Positions 26,940 to 36,263 of a stretch of 64,000 nucleotides of DNA are shown here, piece after piece (the first letter of the stretch is position 1; the number at the start of each line of letters is the position of its first letter). Both the position numbers and the translations under genes were made by a program. Below the pieces are notes generated by a model, which was not told the origin of the DNA, ran no database searches, and was given only the letters and a program-made list of their open reading frames with translations. The DNA lies in contig OZ219926.1 of NCBI GenBank assembly GCA_964291405.2, positions 544,001-608,000 of the forward strand, read 5' to 3'. The DNA is from Thermodesulfobacteriota bacterium (GTDB taxonomy: Bacteria > Desulfobacterota > Binatia > Bin18).

Positions 26940-28046
26940 ATGGTTTTCCCCCAGCGTCTCGTCCAGAAAATCTGGACTCGTCAGGGCGTCCTCGGCGTGT
27001 TGGGCTGGCTGGCGGCCGTTCCACTCTCGCTCCTGTTCTCATCCGTCGTCCGAGTCCGCAATTTTTTATATGAAAAGGGTATCCTTCGCAGTGTACAGCT
27101 CCCCCTCCATATCATTAGCGTGGGTAATCTTACCGTTGGCGGAACGGGGAAGACGCCCTTCGTTCTCTGGCTCGCTCGTTTGCTGCACGCCCAGCGTTAC
27201 CGGGTCACCATTCTCTCCGGAGGATACAAAGGGCAGAATAAAGGGGTCACAACAGTGGGTACGGACGGTCGGGCCCAGGCAACGCCGGAAGAGGTTGGAG
27301 ACGAAGCCGTGATGCTGGCCAGAACCTTTTCCGGTGTTGTTCTAGCCGGACGCGACCGTGTCCGAGCGGCCCGGCTAGCACAAGAAACCTATGGTATTGA
27401 GGTATTGATTCTGGATGATGGCTTTCAGCATCGACGCTTGGGCCGTAGCATCGACATTATGCTGCTTGATGCCCAACAAAGAGAAACCGCTGAGTGGTTG
27501 CTCCCCGCCGGTCCATTCCGCGAACCGTCTACCTCCATACACCGAGCAGACCTAGTCGTTGTGACGAAGGGGGAGACGGTACAGGCTCAGCAGGATTACG
27601 CTGCCTCCCTTCACATACGGGAGAAACCCCTCTTTTTTGCGAATTCACGTCCGGCTGCGCTTGTTCACTCTATACGTGGAGAATGGCAAGAGTTACCTTT
27701 ATTCTTACTGGCGCATAAGAACGTTATGACAGTAAGCGGTGTTGCCACTCCAGATCTGTTCCACCGTTTTGTCAGAGAGGCAGACGCGAAAATTATAGAC
27801 ATGATGGTATTTCCAGACCATCATGTCTATACAGAAGGGGACTGGCAAACGATTGTATCAGCCAGCCGAGCGTGTGATCTTGTGGTGACAACGGAAAAAG
27901 ATCTGGTGAAGCTTGAGAAGTTCCCGTTTGCCACGGATAAACTCGTTGCTCTCCGTATCGATATGGAGGTCAACGATGTCAAGCAGTTCTTAGCGTTTAT
28001 TGAGTCTCAACTGAAAGGAATAGGAAAGCAAAAAAACGGAGAGTAA
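26940..28046 (+). CDS. lpxK: Tetraacyldisaccharide 4'-kinase
   Basis: SVGNLTVGGTGKTP, GDEA, LDDGFQH, FPDHH.Y and TTEKD motifs. Confidence 0.96.
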   Translation: MVFPQRLVQKIWTRQGVLGVLGWLAAVPLSLLFSSVVRVRNFLYEKGILRSVQLPLHIISVGNLTVGGTGKTPFVLWLARLLHAQRYRVTILSGGYKGQNKGVTTVGTDGRAQATPEEVGDEAVMLARTFSGVVLAGRDRVRAARLAQETYGIEVLILDDGFQHRRLGRSIDIMLLDAQQRETAEWLLPAGPFREPSTSIHRADLVVVTKGETVQAQQDYAASLHIREKPLFFANSRPAALVHSIRGEWQELPLFLLAHKNVMTVSGVATPDLFHRFVREADAKIIDMMVFPDHHVYTEGDWQTIVSASRACDLVVTTEKDLVKLEKFPFATDKLVALRIDMEVNDVKQFLAFIESQLKGIGKQKNGE

Positions 28047-28053
28047 GAGCGCT

Positions 28054-28791
28054 ATGGCAGCTCCGTTCCTTATTCAAGCCGTCTCCGACCTTCTGGCTGA
28101 TATTCCTGACGAGGGGAAAACCCTCCTCGATGTCAGCTGTAAAGAAGGGGACGTTTTAGCGTCGTTACAACATCGACGTTTCACGCTTCGGGGGACCAAC
28201 TTTGAAGCCAACGGGCCGGATAAGAACGGGGTCCCTATTGATTACAGTGTGGACCTGCGAGAGCGACTGCCCTACGACGATGCAAGTTTTGATGTGGTTT
28301 TGCTGGTTGAGGTCATTGAGCATCTGTCCGACCATCAAGCTGCGCTAGGCGAGTTAGCGCGTATTCTCAAACCCGGCGGATCGCTGATTTTGACTACACC
28401 CAATGTTATGCGTCTAAACTCGCGGGTGCATTTTATGCTCAGCGGATATCACAAGACCAAACGACGCTTTATTCCATTTGAGACTCCCCTCAACCACGCC
28501 CATCGGTTTCACAACTACCCGATTGAGCTGCCGATTTTATACTATCTGTGTAAGCAAAACGGGCTCCATCTGGAACGCCTGGGCCACAGCAAGGTCAAGC
28601 TCTACTCACGGTTCTTGCTCGCGACGCTGGGTTTACCCGTGATGGTCTATACCTGGTACACGCTGTGGATACGTGAGAAAAACCCGAGCCAGCGACTGGA
28701 GAACAGAAAGCTGCTGCGCTGGCTGTGTCACCCCCGTCTTCTGATCGAAGACAATTTAGTGTTACGACTCCAGAAAGTTGAGACCGTCTGA
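28054..28791 (+). CDS. Class I SAM-dependent methyltransferase-like protein
   Basis: LPYDDASFDVV, EVIEHL and LKPGG..ILTTPN motifs. Motif I is atypical (LDVSCKEG). Confidence 0.8.
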   Translation: MAAPFLIQAVSDLLADIPDEGKTLLDVSCKEGDVLASLQHRRFTLRGTNFEANGPDKNGVPIDYSVDLRERLPYDDASFDVVLLVEVIEHLSDHQAALGELARILKPGGSLILTTPNVMRLNSRVHFMLSGYHKTKRRFIPFETPLNHAHRFHNYPIELPILYYLCKQNGLHLERLGHSKVKLYSRFLLATLGLPVMVYTWYTLWIREKNPSQRLENRKLLRWLCHPRLLIEDNLVLRLQKVETV

Positions 28792-29855
28792 TGGAGCGTC
28801 TCCTCGTTGCCCAGACCGGTTTTCTTGGGGACGTGGTTTTGACTACGCCGCTCCTCAGCACCCTGCGGCGCGAACTCGACCTGGAGTCACTGACCGTCCT
28901 CACCACCCCCCAGGCACAACCGCTCGTCCAAGATCATCCCGCAGTGGACAACGTTCTCGTCGATAGCAAACGCGGGAACGACCGAGGGTTTCGCGGTCTG
29001 CTGCAAACGGCTCGTCGACTCCAACGCCAGCACTTTACGCTAACGGTCGCACCGCATAAATCCTTTCGGACTGCTCTGCTGCTGGCCCTGGCTGGCATTC
29101 CCCACCGTGTTGGATTTCGCCAAAGTCCCGGTTGGTTCTTGTATCATCAGACCGCCCAGCGAGACACCGACCGACACGAAGTTGAACGTATTTTATGCAT
29201 TATGCGGGCCTTCGGTCTTGAGCCCGAATCCTGCGACCGTACACCATATGTCGCCTATCACCCAGCTACCCGGACCAATGTCCAACGATTCTTTGACGAG
29301 GCCCAGATTGCCGCCTCCGACCCGGTGTTTATCGTGTGTCCAGGCTCGGTCTGGTATACAAAACGCTGGACAACGGCAGGCTATAGTGCCTTAGTTCGTT
29401 CGCTGGCACGTAACTACGGACGCGTGGTGTTGTGTGGCGGACCGGATGACGTGCCCATAGCGCAGGAGGTCGAAGATCAGGCCCAGGTGGCGGGCCTGCT
29501 CAACCTTGCTGGTCAGGCCGACCTGCAAACGTTTATGGCTCTCATTGATCGGGCTCGGGTGGTCATTAGCAATGATAGTGCGCCTCTGCACCTTGCCGTT
29601 GCGCGGCAGGTGCCGGTTGTTGCGATCTTTTGTGCGACCACGCCAAGCTTGGGGTACGGCCCGTATAGCGACAATGCGGTAATCGTTGAAGAAAAGGAGT
29701 TGTTTTGTCGCCCCTGCCGTCGGCACGGTGGCCCTTCCTGTCCGCGTGGCACTGAAGAGTGTATGCAACTGGTCACAGCCCACGATGTTCTAAACGGTGT
29801 TGATAGGCTTCTCAAACGATCTGTGCCTCGTACTGTGCAGATAAGCCAGGGCTAG
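28791..29855 (+). CDS. waaF: LPS heptosyltransferase (GT9), WaaF-like
   Basis: QTGFLGDVVLTTP, PGS.W.TKRW and SNDSAPLH motifs. Confidence 0.8.
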   Translation: MERLLVAQTGFLGDVVLTTPLLSTLRRELDLESLTVLTTPQAQPLVQDHPAVDNVLVDSKRGNDRGFRGLLQTARRLQRQHFTLTVAPHKSFRTALLLALAGIPHRVGFRQSPGWFLYHQTAQRDTDRHEVERILCIMRAFGLEPESCDRTPYVAYHPATRTNVQRFFDEAQIAASDPVFIVCPGSVWYTKRWTTAGYSALVRSLARNYGRVVLCGGPDDVPIAQEVEDQAQVAGLLNLAGQADLQTFMALIDRARVVISNDSAPLHLAVARQVPVVAIFCATTPSLGYGPYSDNAVIVEEKELFCRPCRRHGGPSCPRGTEECMQLVTAHDVLNGVDRLLKRSVPRTVQISQG

Positions 29856-29865
29856 TAGCGTTCCC

Positions 29866-30189
29866 ATGACACTCCAAGAACGCTTTGCCGCACTCAATGC
29901 CACAACGTCGGCAACCGCCAAAGAATGGGCAAGACAAAACAAGCAGGTTAAATCCTGGCATTTTATCTTTTCCCCTCTTGGCGCATTCTTTTCCTCTTAT
30001 CTTGGCAGGGGCAAGTGGCGACACGGAATGACTGGCTTGACGATAGCGTTGTTCGATTCCTACGCCGTACTTGTCACGTATGCCAAGCTGTGGGAAATTC
30101 AAAACGTACTGACAGATGAGGCCCCTAAACCTCAAGACAGCTCATCCACCTCTTCCAGTCATGCACACTCGGACGCGGCTTCAGGGTAA
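29866..30189 (+). CDS. Hypothetical protein resembling the C-terminal segment of WaaE/KdtX-type GT2 enzymes
   Basis: PLGAFFSSYL.RG.WRHG..GL..A...S......YAKLWE parallels the C-terminus of 33443-35134. Confidence 0.65.
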   Translation: MTLQERFAALNATTSATAKEWARQNKQVKSWHFIFSPLGAFFSSYLGRGKWRHGMTGLTIALFDSYAVLVTYAKLWEIQNVLTDEAPKPQDSSSTSSSHAHSDAASG

Positions 30190-30216
30190 GCTTGCTACGC
30201 ATACATCCCTGGTACG

Positions 30217-30945
30217 ATGTTCGCCATCTTCCGTTCGCTTTCCCCCCCCAAAGGATTTACCGCATATACCACCCCCGGTAGCTGGTGGCTCAAAGACGGC
30301 TACGGGCGGGCACTGTGGGCCGCTCTGGCAAAAATCAAAGACGGTAAGGCTGACCGTCTCCAGGGCGGACGAGGCATAATCCAGCGCGTTCCGTTCGACA
30401 CCCAGAGCCCGGCTATCGTCCGACGCTATCAACGTGGGGGCCTGGTTCGCCATTTTGTGGACGACCTGTATTGGGATCGTCCACCACGCCCCTTTGCAGA
30501 ACTCTGCACGACAGTCATAGCCCACGAGCGTGGTGTTCCGACGGTTGAAGTCCTGGGCGCTGGGGTTGAGTGGCAGTCTTTTGGATTGTATCGAGGAACC
30601 CTCATCACTCGTGAAGCCCAAGGGTTCCTTAACTGGCGGGAATGGCTGCAAACCAAACCGCCAGTTGAGGAACGGCAGGTTGTTACTGACAAAGTCTTGC
30701 AGACGGTCGACACCATGCATGAGCACGGCATCTTTCATGCGGACCTCAACCTTACGAATATTCTCGTTCGGAACGACTCCAGTCAGCACGAGGTGCTCAT
30801 TATCGACTTCGACCGGGCACGCATCTTTCCCACGCCTCTCCCCTCTTCCCATCGCAAACGAAACCTTGCTCGCCTTCGACGATCAATGGCAAAATTTGAC
30901 ACCGAGCAAGAGTTGTTTGAACAAGGAACAACTCTTGAGGTGTAA
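30217..30945 (+). CDS. Kdo kinase / LPS kinase (KdkA-like)
   Basis: RRYQRGG, HADLN..NIL, IIDFD and NLARLRRS motifs match KdkA-type kinases. Confidence 0.85.
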   Translation: MFAIFRSLSPPKGFTAYTTPGSWWLKDGYGRALWAALAKIKDGKADRLQGGRGIIQRVPFDTQSPAIVRRYQRGGLVRHFVDDLYWDRPPRPFAELCTTVIAHERGVPTVEVLGAGVEWQSFGLYRGTLITREAQGFLNWREWLQTKPPVEERQVVTDKVLQTVDTMHEHGIFHADLNLTNILVRNDSSQHEVLIIDFDRARIFPTPLPSSHRKRNLARLRRSMAKFDTEQELFEQGTTLEV

Positions 30946-31101
30946 TAGAGGGCTGTCCGACCTATTCCGCCAGGATCAAAAATGATGAGCTCGCTAGGTC
31001 TATCTACCGTGAGAGAGGTCAGAGCCGCTTACGGGCCCAAATTATAGGTTTTCGCCCGGAGCTAGGAGACGAAGGAGCATATTTATTATACCATCCGTAG
31101 C

Positions 31102-32145
31102 GTGACGCGACCCGCTGTTGCTATCCAACCTGATCGCATTCTCATCCTCCTCTTCGGGGCAATTGGGGATGTGACCCGGGCGCTGCCCTTACTCACTCGA
31201 GTCCGGCTGGGCTATCCACAGGCGCACATCGCCTGGGCGGTAGAACCAGCGTCAGCTCCTTTGCTTGAAGCGCACCCTGCCCTCAATGAAATATTGCTCT
31301 ATAACCGGTCTCAAGGGCCTCGGCAGTTTTGGCCCTTTCTCCAAATGATTCGGTCTAAACAGTTTGATCTGGTCCTCGACCTGCAGCGCCATGCCAAGAG
31401 TGGCTTGGTCAGTCTCTGGTCGCGGGCACCGGTTCGGCTGGGGTTTCATCGTCAGAACACCAAAGAAGGCAATTGGCTGTGTAATACACATACGATTGAT
31501 CCCATTCCAGACTTTTCTCTCAAACTTCGACAATATTTACGTTTTGCGGATACTCTGGGTCTGCCCGATGACAGGGTAGTATTTGACCTCCGGCTGCGGG
31601 AGGAAGAAGAGCGCTATATAGACACCTTACTCGCCGATACCCCGCGTCCTTATGTGACCTTTTTTCTTGGCTCGCGATGGCCAAGTCGATTCTGGTTTCC
31701 AACGGCAACCGCTCAGGTGGCACGAACCCTCCAGCAAGAGTATGATATGGGCACAGTGTTGATTGGGGGACCGGGAGAGGTGGTGTTTGCGAGCCAAGTC
31801 AGCGTCGCGCTGGGGGAGGCAAAAGCAACCGATTTGAGTGGGAAAACTAGCCTGCGTGATCTGATTGGCATTTCTTCGCGTACCCGGCTCTGCATTGGAC
31901 CAGATTCAGGCCCCATGCATATTGCCGCAGCAGTTGGAACGCCCGTGATTTCCCTGTGGGGCGCCACAAGCCCTGTCCGCTCGGCACCATGGGGCTCGGA
32001 AGATCTTGTTCTGTACGGCTCAGCGGCGTGCAGTCCGTGTTATACGAGAGACTGCAAAATTCAGCGTGCCTGTATGCAGCGCATTACCCCAGAGCAGGTC
32101 CTTGAGAAGGCGCGTCACGTCCTCAATCGTGTCCAGACTACATAA
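31102..32145 (+). CDS. LPS heptosyltransferase (GT9), WaaC-like
   Basis: GAIGDV..ALP, LDLQ..AKS and GPDSGPMHIAAA motifs. Confidence 0.85.
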   Translation: MTRPAVAIQPDRILILLFGAIGDVTRALPLLTRVRLGYPQAHIAWAVEPASAPLLEAHPALNEILLYNRSQGPRQFWPFLQMIRSKQFDLVLDLQRHAKSGLVSLWSRAPVRLGFHRQNTKEGNWLCNTHTIDPIPDFSLKLRQYLRFADTLGLPDDRVVFDLRLREEEERYIDTLLADTPRPYVTFFLGSRWPSRFWFPTATAQVARTLQQEYDMGTVLIGGPGEVVFASQVSVALGEAKATDLSGKTSLRDLIGISSRTRLCIGPDSGPMHIAAAVGTPVISLWGATSPVRSAPWGSEDLVLYGSAACSPCYTRDCKIQRACMQRITPEQVLEKARHVLNRVQTT

Positions 32146-32147
32146 GC

Positions 32148-33428
32148 ATGACCCAGGAATCAGGGTCCAACCGGCATATCTGTATGAGTCGTCCGAATAT
32201 CCTTTTTCTCTTAATTGACTGTTTACGTGCCGATGCTGTTGTCGGCGAGGACCGGAGCGCACGGACGCCGACCCTAGACCACCTCGTTCGTTCCGGTGTG
32301 GCTTGTACGCAGGCCATTGCCTCAGCTTCGTCAACAACGCCCTGTGTGGCCAGCCTGCTGACCGGCAGCTACTCCTTTGTGCACGGCATTCGTTCGATTT
32401 TCGGGCTGAAACTGAACCCAGCAGTTCCATCCTTGGTCGACGCCTTCCGGGCGTATGGCTACCATACCTGGGCGGAAGTGAGTGGCCCCCTCTTTCCTGA
32501 GACCGATCTGGACCGCGGGTTTGACGTCTATCACTGTCGAGAGGGAGCAGCCTACCTGTCCACAAATTGGGGCACAGATTTTCGGCAGCGCCTGCAAAGC
32601 CTATCGGTGCAGCAGCCGTGGTTCGGCTTTTTACACTTATGGGAACTGCATCATCGGCGGCATATCCTACCGGCCTTCCGAGGCCAGACCTACGGCCGGA
32701 ATCGCTACGAGCGCGCATTATCATGTCTAGACGTCGAGTTGGGCAGGCTCCTCACCGTGCTGCCTGAGAATACGCTGGTCGTGGTTCACGGCGACCATGG
32801 CGAACATGTCGTCCAGACAGACCTCCGATACCGCTGGTATCGCCTGGTGCGCGATCTGTCCGGACGGAAAACGATCAAGCGAGAGGGGCATGAGATGGAC
32901 GTCTCCGAGGATCTCGTCCGTGTGCCGCTGGTCTTTTCTATGGTAGGAGCTGGGACAGATTCTCTCAGCCTGCCAGTGGGCAAACTCGCCCCTCAGCTCG
33001 TCCGCCAGATCGACGCCCTGCCAACCCTGCTGGACCTCGTTGGGGCTCCGGTTCCGCATGGGATTCATGGGACGAGTATCAAGCCGACACTGCTAGACGA
33101 TATCCCGCTCGGCCTGGAGGCTTATATAGAAGCGTTTTTGCGCGTCCGTTCAGATCCGCGCGATCAGCGGATCGGTTGGCGTACATCCGAGTGGAAATAC
33201 ATCTATGCCCCCAATAATACGCGGATTCCTGCAGAGCTATATAACCTTCCGAACGATCCTTCGGAACGGTACAACTTGGTCCATCAACGCCAAGATATGG
33301 CTGAGCTGCTTCAGCGCCGGATTGAGGACATCCGACACGGATCGCATGTCGCAACGCCAGAGTTTGTCATGTCAGAGACGGAAAAGGCCGACCTTGAAAA
33401 GCGTCTGACCGATCTCGGCTATATGTAG
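32148..33428 (+). CDS. Sulfatase-like hydrolase/transferase (alkaline phosphatase superfamily)
   Basis: PNIL..LIDCLRAD, TTP..ASLLTG, GDHGE, ELYNL..DP.E and C-terminal L.DLGY motifs. Confidence 0.85.
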   Translation: MTQESGSNRHICMSRPNILFLLIDCLRADAVVGEDRSARTPTLDHLVRSGVACTQAIASASSTTPCVASLLTGSYSFVHGIRSIFGLKLNPAVPSLVDAFRAYGYHTWAEVSGPLFPETDLDRGFDVYHCREGAAYLSTNWGTDFRQRLQSLSVQQPWFGFLHLWELHHRRHILPAFRGQTYGRNRYERALSCLDVELGRLLTVLPENTLVVVHGDHGEHVVQTDLRYRWYRLVRDLSGRKTIKREGHEMDVSEDLVRVPLVFSMVGAGTDSLSLPVGKLAPQLVRQIDALPTLLDLVGAPVPHGIHGTSIKPTLLDDIPLGLEAYIEAFLRVRSDPRDQRIGWRTSEWKYIYAPNNTRIPAELYNLPNDPSERYNLVHQRQDMAELLQRRIEDIRHGSHVATPEFVMSETEKADLEKRLTDLGYM

Positions 33429-33442
33429 GGAAACCAGTCGTC

Positions 33443-35134
33443 GTGAGCGTTACGAGTTCCGTTAGCACGACAGAGCCCGCTATTGTCCATTCACATCTGG
33501 ATGCTGCGCGAGTCACAGACCTCGTTTCCTCACAGCCAACACACTGGCGGTGCACCCGTATTTTCAAACAGGATGCAGGCACGACGGTAACACTGATGTC
33601 CGATTCGACCCAGTCCGTCGTTGTCAAGCGCCACAAATTGACCCATTGGCGTCGCCGGGCGGATGCATTGATCCACGGCTCCCCGGCTCGCCGGGCGTGG
33701 CGTGGAGCGCAATTGTTACAAACGCATGGCTTTCCCGTTCCTCAACCATTGGCCGTTGTGGAGAAGCGGAGAGCCTGCCTGGTACAGGAAAGTGTCTATA
33801 TCAGCCAAGCGCTGCCGTATCCTTCACTTTCGGACTATTGGCGGGAGTCTACGCCGCGCTGGTCTGTGGCACAGCGTCGCCTTTTTCTTCGCGAACTGGC
33901 CCTCTTCGTGCAATCTTTTCACGCGGCCGGTCTGTATAGCGGAGACCTGAGAGACGCGAACCTGCTCGTGGAAGAATGCGAAGTGCAGCATGGACCGAGG
34001 TGGCGATTTTATCTCGTTGATCTCGATCGCCTCAAACACTGTCCGAGCCTGACGCTGCGGCGGCGCGTTAAAAATCTGGTGCAACTCGACCGGACTCTAG
34101 GCCGTCGAGCCCGGCAGACTGAGCGCTTGTTCTTTTTGTATGCCTATCTCGGTCCTCCTCTGCCGTCATCCAAGCAGCGCCGCGCCTTGCTCAAAACGTT
34201 GCTGTCCGTGCGTCGCCGGAAAGATCGCGAATACGCCAAACGAAAACGGCGTCGTGCGCCATCTGTATCCAGCGTGCAGACACCTGGTGCGGTCCACGTT
34301 CTCGGCCCATCTCCTAGCGTCGTTCCTCGGCGTCCTATCTCGTGCTGTATTGTCTGCTTTAATGAGGAGCAAGCTATTCGGCGCTGTCTTGAAAGCGTCA
34401 AGTGGTGCGATGAGATCGTCGTGGTTGACTCCTTTTCCACCGATAAGACTATAGAGATCTGTCAAGATTATTCAGCGCGTATCATTCAGCGTGCGTGGCC
34501 GGGTTATGTTGAGCAAAAACGTTTTACGCTCTCTCAGGCAAGCCATGAGTGGATCCTCAACATTGATGCAGATGAAGAAGTCAGCCCCCTCCTCCAGAAC
34601 GAGATTCGGACGGTGTTGCAACAGGATGACCCCGCAGTCGACGGATTCTATATCCCGCGCCTCGTCCACTATTTAGGGCGCTGGTGGTGGCACGGCTGGT
34701 ATCCGAGCTATCGGCTCCGGCTCTTTCGGAAACACAAGGTCAGGTGGGGAGGTGTCGATCCCCATGAAAAAGTGCTCCTGCATGGCCGCGCCGAGCGCCT
34801 GAGCGGCAACCTCCATCACTATACCTATACCGATATCAGAGACCATCTTCGCACCGTGAACAGCCTGACAGATATCTCGTCTCGTGAGTTGATACTGCGG
34901 AAGCGCCAGAGGTATCTGAGCGACATATTGTTGCGCCCGTTGTGGCGCTTCCTGAGTTTTTATTTTTTCCGAGGCTGTATCAGAGATGGGCTTCCCGGCC
35001 TTTTTGTTGCTACGACCTCGGCATTCTACGTTTTCCTGAAATACGCCAAGCTGTGGGAGCAGGCATCAGATTCTGCGCAGAGCTCGTCCCGAAACACTTC
35101 TCATGACACGCCGGCTACGGATCCTACACGTTGA
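33443..35134 (+). CDS. Fusion of an LPS kinase (Kdo/WaaP/InaA family) and a GT2 glycosyltransferase (WaaE/KdtX-like)
   Basis: N-half has VVVKR, GDLRDANLLV, VDLD and KNLVQL. C-half has NEE..I..CLES, VVDSFSTDKT, WILNIDADE, HEKV and KYAKLWE. Confidence 0.85.
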   Translation: MSVTSSVSTTEPAIVHSHLDAARVTDLVSSQPTHWRCTRIFKQDAGTTVTLMSDSTQSVVVKRHKLTHWRRRADALIHGSPARRAWRGAQLLQTHGFPVPQPLAVVEKRRACLVQESVYISQALPYPSLSDYWRESTPRWSVAQRRLFLRELALFVQSFHAAGLYSGDLRDANLLVEECEVQHGPRWRFYLVDLDRLKHCPSLTLRRRVKNLVQLDRTLGRRARQTERLFFLYAYLGPPLPSSKQRRALLKTLLSVRRRKDREYAKRKRRRAPSVSSVQTPGAVHVLGPSPSVVPRRPISCCIVCFNEEQAIRRCLESVKWCDEIVVVDSFSTDKTIEICQDYSARIIQRAWPGYVEQKRFTLSQASHEWILNIDADEEVSPLLQNEIRTVLQQDDPAVDGFYIPRLVHYLGRWWWHGWYPSYRLRLFRKHKVRWGGVDPHEKVLLHGRAERLSGNLHHYTYTDIRDHLRTVNSLTDISSRELILRKRQRYLSDILLRPLWRFLSFYFFRGCIRDGLPGLFVATTSAFYVFLKYAKLWEQASDSAQSSSRNTSHDTPATDPTR

Positions 35135-36245
35135 CCCAGAACGGCATTGGGGAGGCGGAGAGGCCCAGGTGTTGGGTCTGACCCGCTACCTTCACCGCGC
35201 TGGCCACATCTCCCATGTTGCAACTCCGCTGTACGGCGTCTTGGCTCAGCGCCTCCAACACGACAACCTCCCTGTTCAGCCTCTCTCGGTCCGTAATCAC
35301 CTTGATGGTCTGGCAGGCTGGCGGCTGCGTCGTCTGGTCTGTCGGGAGCGCTACGACCTCGTGCATTTCCATACGGCCAGAGCACACGCACTCAGTCCGT
35401 GGCTCCATGCCCTGCCAGTCCGCCGCCTTGTCACGCGTCGGATGGATTACCCAATCAAGGCGGGCTGGTTGAGTCGGCTTCTGTATGGCAGGCAGGTTGA
35501 CATAATCGTCGCGATCTCCTCAGGCGTAGCGGCCACACTTGAAACTGCACATATTTCCGATAAGGCTATCCGCATCATCCCGAGCGGTATTGACACCAAG
35601 CAGTTTCTGCCCACGGCCTCCCAACGCATGGCTATTCGACACCAATACGGACTCGGCGCAGATACCACAGTTATTCTCATGGCCGGTGCGCTGACGAAGC
35701 GCAAATCACCGCACACGCTGATCGAAGCAGCGGCCCAACTCCACTCCCACTGTCAACAGGGTCAGCACGCTGAGCAGACTGGCCAAGCGTTATCCCTCCA
35801 TTACCTCATCTGCGGAGATGGTCTCCTCCGGCAGGAACTAGAAGCCCGTGTACGGGCGCTTGGCTTGGCTTCCGTGTTTCACTTTGCCGGATTTTGTCGA
35901 GACGTGTCTGCCTACTTAGCCGCCGCAGACATTTTTGTTCACACTCCTGTCTGGGAAGGTCTGGGTGTCGCTGTTATTGAAGCGCTGGCAGCGGGTCTCC
36001 CAGTGGTGGCAAGCCGGGTTGGCGGTATTCCCGAGCTTATCACCGATAGAGAAACAGGTCTCCTCATACCAGCTCAAGACCCCTCAGCCTTGTGCAATGC
36101 GCTCCTCCAATGCCTGCGCTCCCCTGACTGGGCAAAGACTTTGGGCGCTCATGGACAAATCAAGGTCCGTACGCATTTTGATATCGAGACAACAGCGCGT
36201 GCTAATGAAGCCCTCTATTATGAACTCTTGGCGGCAGCGTCGTGA
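35103..36245 (+). CDS. Glycosyltransferase family 4
   Basis: WGGGE.Q, EGLG...IEA (EX7E) and PVVASRVGGIPE motifs. Confidence 0.9.
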   Translation: MTRRLRILHVDPERHWGGGEAQVLGLTRYLHRAGHISHVATPLYGVLAQRLQHDNLPVQPLSVRNHLDGLAGWRLRRLVCRERYDLVHFHTARAHALSPWLHALPVRRLVTRRMDYPIKAGWLSRLLYGRQVDIIVAISSGVAATLETAHISDKAIRIIPSGIDTKQFLPTASQRMAIRHQYGLGADTTVILMAGALTKRKSPHTLIEAAAQLHSHCQQGQHAEQTGQALSLHYLICGDGLLRQELEARVRALGLASVFHFAGFCRDVSAYLAAADIFVHTPVWEGLGVAVIEALAAGLPVVASRVGGIPELITDRETGLLIPAQDPSALCNALLQCLRSPDWAKTLGAHGQIKVRTHFDIETTARANEALYYELLAAAS

Positions 36246-36263
36246 GCGTCAGAAAGGATCGCT

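Noticed and set aside
30946-31101. 156-bp gap inside the LPS operon as a possible ncRNA or element
   Set aside because: I could see no convincing repeat, hairpin set or known motif. It is probably an internal promoter region.
32141-32150. CATAAGCAT matching the left end of the repeat element
   Set aside because: Only 9 bp match, and they are explained by a stop codon followed by the next start codon. The rest of the element is absent.
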